Below, one piece after another: positions 58,575 through 64,000 of a stretch of DNA of 64,000 bases. The stretch lies in NCBI GenBank assembly GCA_002269645.1, contig NIVC01000040.1, forward strand, positions 1,268,829-1,332,828, written 5' to 3'. The notes below the pieces were generated by a model. It saw nothing but the letters and a program-made list of their open reading frames with translations. It searched no databases and was not told the origin of the DNA. Each line of letters opens with the position of its first letter. The first letter of the stretch is position 1. The stretch is from Macrostomum lignano. Lineage: Eukaryota. The position numbers and the translations under genes are program-made.

Positions 58575-60602
58575 ATGACAAGGCAATTGAGGCGACAAGC
58601 AAATAAGGATTTGCTGGGCTTGTTCATGGAAGGAGAACAAGAAGCTTTGGAAGACATCGCACTGCAAGAGAAAAAAAGAAAAGTATTCGAAGCAGATGAT
58701 TCTGGGAGAGTCGCCGGTTTCATCGCTTCGGAGTCCTCTGTAGCAGAAGTCAATGAAGGTACGGATCCAGATCTTGACAACGACAATGGCAGCTATCCTG
58801 ATTTTGACGAGTTCGCGCGAGTTTGCAGCGATGAAGATGAGGAGATTGACAAGAAAGAGGATGACCGCTCTTTAGAAGATAAAATATTCGCCTTGCTGGT
58901 AGTCTACTTTTCTTGTTTCAACCTAAGTCGTGGATCTAAAAAATTCCTTGTTGATGGTCTAAGAGACATAGGCTTGCCTGCGCCGAAGTCTGTCAACTCT
59001 ATTGAGGCCGTCATCAATGCTGGCGATCCAACGGAAAAATTGGAGCCCATGGGAAAAGGCCATTTTCGCTACATTTCGATTCTGAAAAATCTAGAACTAA
59101 TGTTTCGCAAAAACCAGCTGCACATGAAGCCAGAATATCTACAACACGATAGTGAAACTGAGAAGGTTTACAAAATTGAAGCCATCGTTAATTTTGACGG
59201 CTTGCCTTTGTACCGAGCAAGCCACTTCGGTCTTTGGCCCATACTTATGTCTATTCCCAGCATATTCAGCAGACCTTTTCCAGTAGCCGTATGGGCTGGT
59301 TGTGGCAAGCCACCTCTGAATGATTATCTTCGACAATTTTGCGACGAGGCTAAACGTTTTCTTACGGGTCCAATAAAAATTATCGAAAATTTAAGCATCA
59401 GCTTCTCGACTATCCGATTTGTTTGCGATGCGCCTGCTCGAGCCTGGGTCTCAGTAACTCAAGGGCACATGTCGTACGTCGGTTGCATGTACTGCAGGGC
59501 TACTGGACCTTATACCGACAACAGAGTAACATTTTCAACGAGCGTCGGGGAGTCTCGTAGCAGCCAACAATACCGAGAGGGAAAGGAGTCTAACCAGGAA
59601 AATAAAAAAATCGCTCTATCGCCCCTTCTAAATTTGCCTAACATTAGTTTTGTCGATGCTTTTCCCCCTGACTACCAGCATGCCGTATGCCTTGGAGTCA
59701 CAAGGAAGCTATTTTACCTATTTTTCGACAAATCTAATGGCAAGAAGTGTCTCGTCTATCCCGGTCCGATGAGCCTATTGGGCGACCGAATTACTATGGC
59801 TGCCGGTTGGACACCTTCAAACTTTCAACGAAGACCCCGGAAAATCGACTTGGAACTGAAGCACATGAAGGCTACTGAATTCAGACAGTACTTGCTGTAC
59901 CTAGGACCTGTCCTCTTCAAAGGCATTTTAAATGAAGAAAGGTATAACCACTTTCTTTACCTCCATTTCGCCATTTACGCATACTCCAACGAAAGGTACT
60001 CCAAGTGGTGGACGCAGGCAAAAACTTGCATTGAAGTTTTTGTTGAACGGGCTGCCCACCTTTACGGCCAGAAGTTTATAAGTTTCAATCTTCACACTAT
60101 TCTTCATTTGGATGAGTTTGTCCGAAAGCTAGGCAGTTTAAACAACTTTTCGACTTTCCCTTTCGAAAACTTTCTTGGATCTGTAAAGCGCCGCGTAAAG
60201 GTGACAAGGCACATGGCAGCGCATTCAGTTAAGCAGGTGCTCAGAGTTCGCGATCTTCTGTTGAATGAGCAGCGAATTCCACCGTTGAAATTCAGCACAA
60301 AGCGAGGTGATAATTGTTGCATAATCGACAAAGTATGCGTCCTAATCGAAGCTGTAAGTGAAGCTAATCAAGTCACTGGCAGGATTTTACACCCAGTTGA
60401 CAACATCTACGCCAACCCATATCCATCTTTGCGTCTGGGAATCGGCTTGTACAGGATGACATCTGGTGTTCTAACTGGCACACCTGAGCGAAAGTGCTGG
60501 ATTTTGCCTGCGAATCTGCTTGCCAATCTTGCTGGAGCGGACAGGGATCCAGCAAGCCATTTTTTTGTCATTCCTCTGACAGGTGACTCCGAGGAGGCCT
60601 GA
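58575..60602 (+). CDS. CACTA/EnSpm (CMC, tnp2-like) DDE transposase, 675 aa, intronless and intact
   Basis: NFDGLP..LWPIL, VCDAPAR..GH.SY.GC.YC, DYQH..CLGV, FQRRPR, KATEFRQYLLY.GP, LYG..F.SFNLH..LHL, STFPFENF; typical of animal EnSpm-like transposases. Confidence 0.92.
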   Translation: MTRQLRRQANKDLLGLFMEGEQEALEDIALQEKKRKVFEADDSGRVAGFIASESSVAEVNEGTDPDLDNDNGSYPDFDEFARVCSDEDEEIDKKEDDRSLEDKIFALLVVYFSCFNLSRGSKKFLVDGLRDIGLPAPKSVNSIEAVINAGDPTEKLEPMGKGHFRYISILKNLELMFRKNQLHMKPEYLQHDSETEKVYKIEAIVNFDGLPLYRASHFGLWPILMSIPSIFSRPFPVAVWAGCGKPPLNDYLRQFCDEAKRFLTGPIKIIENLSISFSTIRFVCDAPARAWVSVTQGHMSYVGCMYCRATGPYTDNRVTFSTSVGESRSSQQYREGKESNQENKKIALSPLLNLPNISFVDAFPPDYQHAVCLGVTRKLFYLFFDKSNGKKCLVYPGPMSLLGDRITMAAGWTPSNFQRRPRKIDLELKHMKATEFRQYLLYLGPVLFKGILNEERYNHFLYLHFAIYAYSNERYSKWWTQAKTCIEVFVERAAHLYGQKFISFNLHTILHLDEFVRKLGSLNNFSTFPFENFLGSVKRRVKVTRHMAAHSVKQVLRVRDLLLNEQRIPPLKFSTKRGDNCCIIDKVCVLIEAVSEANQVTGRILHPVDNIYANPYPSLRLGIGLYRMTSGVLTGTPERKCWILPANLLANLAGADRDPASHFFVIPLTGDSEEA

Positions 60603-62275
60603 TGTAGGACGCGTGAGTCGCAAGTGAGTACTAAAAATATCTTTCTCTGGTTTTTTATATCAATCCGATTTCCTTCTATCTCGATTCTCGTATTCCCTGT
60701 ATTCTGCAATTCTGCAATTTCTTCCTGTATATGTTCTCAGCTTCAACACGCAGACATGATTGTAGATTGTGAGTTAAATATTAGTATATTACGATGCATA
60801 CTCGATCGCAACTGCCATTTTATCTTTACTTTTAGGATCCGCAGTTTCACGAGTTTACTACAAGCCTGGCGATCGGTCATTCATGAACTGGAGTTATTTT
60901 AGAGACTGATTATATTGATTCTATCTTTATTGTTTACATTCTTGAACCCTAGAATTAGGTACAGCTTAAAATTCGGTGTTATAGAGGCCGGAGGGGTAAT
61001 TTAGCTCAAAACTGTGTAGGAGGGGTGGAGGGGCCGGAAACTTAGTGGGAGGTGATGCCGCTGTATGTGGCTGAAATGGGGGATTTATTTTCTTAAACCC
61101 CAGTATACGAGTATGAAATACTAATGGTATTGTATACAGTATTCCTACCTCCAATTCAAGCCAACAGAATTTTTGTAATATTTTACTTATCCCATTGATA
61201 ATAATCAACTAGCTGCACAACTGTAATTTCCATCTGTTACCATCTGGTTTTACTTTTAAGCACATATAAAATGCTATGAATATTTTCTTTCTTTTGCTGG
61301 CACCTATTTTAGGTCAGATCGAATCAATACTTTCCGTATCAAAGTATTTATGTGTTTATGCTAGGTTGTAACTTATAAATATATATATATATAGTTCAGA
61401 CCTTGTCAAGCCTCGCACGAAATTCGTCTTTGTTCTTCCTTTATCTTTGGTGCAATATGGGAATAGAAAAAACTTGATGACCTGCACTGATAAGGAGTCA
61501 GGACAGTTTGTTTGTTTCGCATAGGTTCGCTTAAGCAGGCAAGAACGGTACAACGTAGAAATTCCCATATCACTTCTCTAGCCTTTCTTCTAACCCCCCC
61601 CCACCCAACTGAAATGAATTGGCCAAAATTAGCTGTCACCTCTAGGTTAAAATAATTCCTTGCATTGCCCTGTCATTACGGGTTATTGCCACTGGCCAGG
61701 AAATTCAAAACATTTTTCTAAGAGCAACTCAAAATGAGTAAGCTTTATACAGGCTATAATTGATGAGAGATTTCTGTTAATGAGAGATAAAGCCCACACG
61801 GGTTTTATTGATGTCGGGTTGTAAAAGACGATCGCAAATAGAGAACAATATAGCGAGAATATTCAAGCTGGCGGACGTGCGCCGAGCTATAATTTTCTGT
61901 TAACTCGGGGATTCAGTAAGACTAGAATAATTGAGTGGCAAAAACTGTCATGAGAACGCAAAGGCACTTTGAAACCTTTATGATTCAGTGGATTTATTCA
62001 TCCGGAAAAATGACAAGGCGGGGGTTAGATTGTTATTTATTCATGACCTGTCCCATTTGAGCTCTGACCGCCTCTGAATATGAAAACTGAGAAAATATCT
62101 ATGTCTATGTATCCCTCCTTATCAAAATGTGACTGAGTGACTGTGCCCTACTCGTAATCGGGGAGATAAATGAAGGGGAGACAGGGGAGACAGTCTCCTA
62201 TCTCCAATCTCCCATGTCTCTTATTTGCCATTATGCAGTTAACTGGGCCCGTCATGCATAGCCTACTGCAGGCTG

Positions 62276-62345
62276 CAGGGGTCAGCAAACTCCAGCCCAC
62301 GGGCCACATGCGGCCCGCAGTCTCTCTATCCAGCCCTCGGGTCCT
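62276..62345 (+). mobile_element. hAT (Charlie-like) terminal fragment
   Basis: CAGGGGTCAGCAAACT..GGGCCACATGCGGCCC resembles common hAT-Charlie ends; no partner end seen. Confidence 0.5.
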
Positions 62346-62477
62346 TTCTAACTTCCCATGCCAATAACAATCCAGCCCGCTCAAGGTTTGCATCTCTTCT
62401 CAGCTTTTTTGCTAATTTCTTCTCCTTTTCTCATCAAAATCTCCCCTCTCTCCTCCTTTCCCCTCTTTCCTTGCTCC

Positions 62478-62659
62478 CAGTGGCGCAACCAGGGGGGGGG
62501 GGGGGGGCGGCCCCCCCCTTAGGCGGAGACCCAGAAAAAATTGAAGGGGGACCAAGCGAATTTTCGCCAAAAACAGAGCCTCCCTCCGCCCCCTCCCTCA
62601 CGGGACTTTACCTTCCAGAATCCGCCCCCCCCCTCAAAAAATTTCTGGTTGCCCTACTG
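62478..62659. mobile_element. hAT MITE (182 bp)
   Basis: 15-bp TIR CAGTGGCGCAACCAG / CTGGTTGCCCTACTG (2 mismatches); exact 8-bp TSD CTTGCTCC (62470-62477 and 62660-62667). Confidence 0.9.
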
Positions 62660-62997
62660 CTTGCTCCCTTCCTCTGACATCTCTCCTTTCGCCTCTCTCC
62701 TCTCTCCCTTTATCTCCCTTCTTTCTCTCATCTCGCCTCTCTCCTCTCTTCCCTCCTCTCACATCTCACATCTCTCCCCTCTCCCCTCCACTCTCCTCCT
62801 TCTGGCCCGCAGTCTTGAGCTAGATTCTCTATCTGGCACTTAAAGTAAAATAGTTAGCCAATCCCTCGCAAGGAATTTCGATCATTACAATGAGCAAAAG
62901 TTGACATTAACAAAATTTTGGCGGGCGCGTTGTGCCAAGCCTGAACAGCTTCTCTAGACAGCACTCTGTGCTCTCCAGAATTACTTGAACTGTTAGC

Positions 62998-63112
62998 AGT
63001 GGCGCAAGCAGAATTTCTTATGTGGGGGGGGGCGGATTCTGAAGGGTAAAGACCCAAGGGGCGGAGGGTGGCTCTGTATTTTGGCAAAAATGCGCTTGGT
63101 CCCCTTTAATAC
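62998..63112 (-). mobile_element. Inverted, truncated copy of the 62478-62659 MITE family
   Basis: cagtggcgcaagcag..ggcggattctgaagggtaaag..ggctctgt.ttttggc..gcttggtcccc matches the reverse complement of 62545-62659. Confidence 0.75.
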
Positions 63113-63525
63113 AGCTTGGCAAACCTGATTGATTTTCCGGGATTTCCCCTGTCCTAGTTGTATTTCTCTAAAATTCTGGAAGATAAATCGAGATTCTAGA
63201 TAATAGCTGCATCTAAGATTAGTTTGTTTTGCTATCGCATTGTACCGTACAATTAATTATTGAAAATTTTAAACCTTTGCTGGCATACGCATATGTTATC
63301 TTTGACCTTACCTGTTGTTTAATAGGTAAATTATTACTGTATGGAGGTACATGTAGATATAGGCATTTTGACTGTCAACTGTCCACCCCATACAAGCATA
63401 CGGCTTTCAAATAATTATGCAACCTTGTGCAAGGGTATGCCGCCTACTTACATGTAAAACTTTGAAATGAGTATTTATTTACGCCACTATCCAAGGGGGG
63501 GGGCGCGGCCGCGGAGACCGACAGC

Positions 63526-64000
63526 GGAGACCGCCACAATTTGCCCGCCAGACAATTTGCCCGCCAGACAGCCAGACAATTTGCCCGCCAGACAATTTGC
63601 CCGCCAGACAATTTGCCCGCCAGACAATTTGCCCGCCAGACAATTTGCCCGCCAGACAATTTGCCCGCCAGACAATTTGCCCGCCAGACAATTTGCCCGC
63701 CAGACAATTTGCCCGCCAGACAATTTGCGCCAGACAATTTGCCCGCCAGACAATTTGCCCGCCAGACAATTTGCCCGCCAGACAATTTGCCCGCCAGACA
63801 ATTTGCCCGCCAGACAATTTGCCCGCCAGACAATTTGCCCGCCAGACAATTTGCCGCCAGACAATTTGCCCGCCAGACAATTTGCCCGCCAGACAATTTG
63901 CCCGCCAGACAATTTGCCCGCCAGACAATTTGCCCGCCAGACAATTTGCCCGCCAGACAATTTGCCGCCAGACAATTTGCCCGCCGACAATTTGCCGCCA
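63526..64000. repeat. 16-bp tandem array (gccagacaatttgccc), truncated by window end
   Basis: About 29 copies, a few 1-2 nt shorter; preceded by ggagaccgccacaatttg. Confidence 0.95.

Larger units (their letters stand above)
54508..60900. mobile_element. CACTA/EnSpm (CMC)-type DNA transposon with two divergent genes; boundaries provisional
   Basis: Transposase plus accessory gene; candidate left end CCCAGTGGG.. with GC-rich subterminal repeats (ggcgcccggtgg twice); matching right TIR and TSD not found. Confidence 0.7.

Overview
Eukaryotic (invertebrate) genomic DNA. GC/CpG-rich exons, introns swollen by minisatellites and (GACA)n/(CTGT)n tracts resemble a free-living flatworm such as Macrostomum; the species is an inference only. 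Two intact host genes lie on +: an ANKLE2/LEM-4 homolog (3 exons, about 843 aa, N-terminal FFAT-like motif) and a complete ATP-citrate lyase (12 exons, 1105 aa, spanning about 26 kb). Between them is a young full-length Ty3/Gypsy retrotransposon on - (9467-17594). Its LTR sequences are identical, and it has an ATTT TSD, a tRNA-Arg-type PBS and a candidate -1 frameshift signal. It carries a nested hAT MITE in pol and a probable solo LTR in its 5' LTR. A roughly 9 kb AT-rich, strongly CpG-depleted domain follows, containing a TTAA-TSD (Kolobok-like) MITE and CpG-decayed repeat copies. At the right is a two-gene CACTA/EnSpm(CMC)-type module: an intact intronless transposase on +, head-to-head with an intact 6-exon, 836-aa accessory gene on -. 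The accessory product has an N-terminal beta-barrel-like region, an (EA)n tract, a coiled coil, a DUF4806-like region, 18-aa repeats and NLS-like motifs. This is the most novel-looking system here. Most long ORFs in the supplied track are tandem-repeat artefacts. No rRNA, tRNA gene or CRISPR array is supported. All coordinates and alignments were read by eye; no database searches were run.
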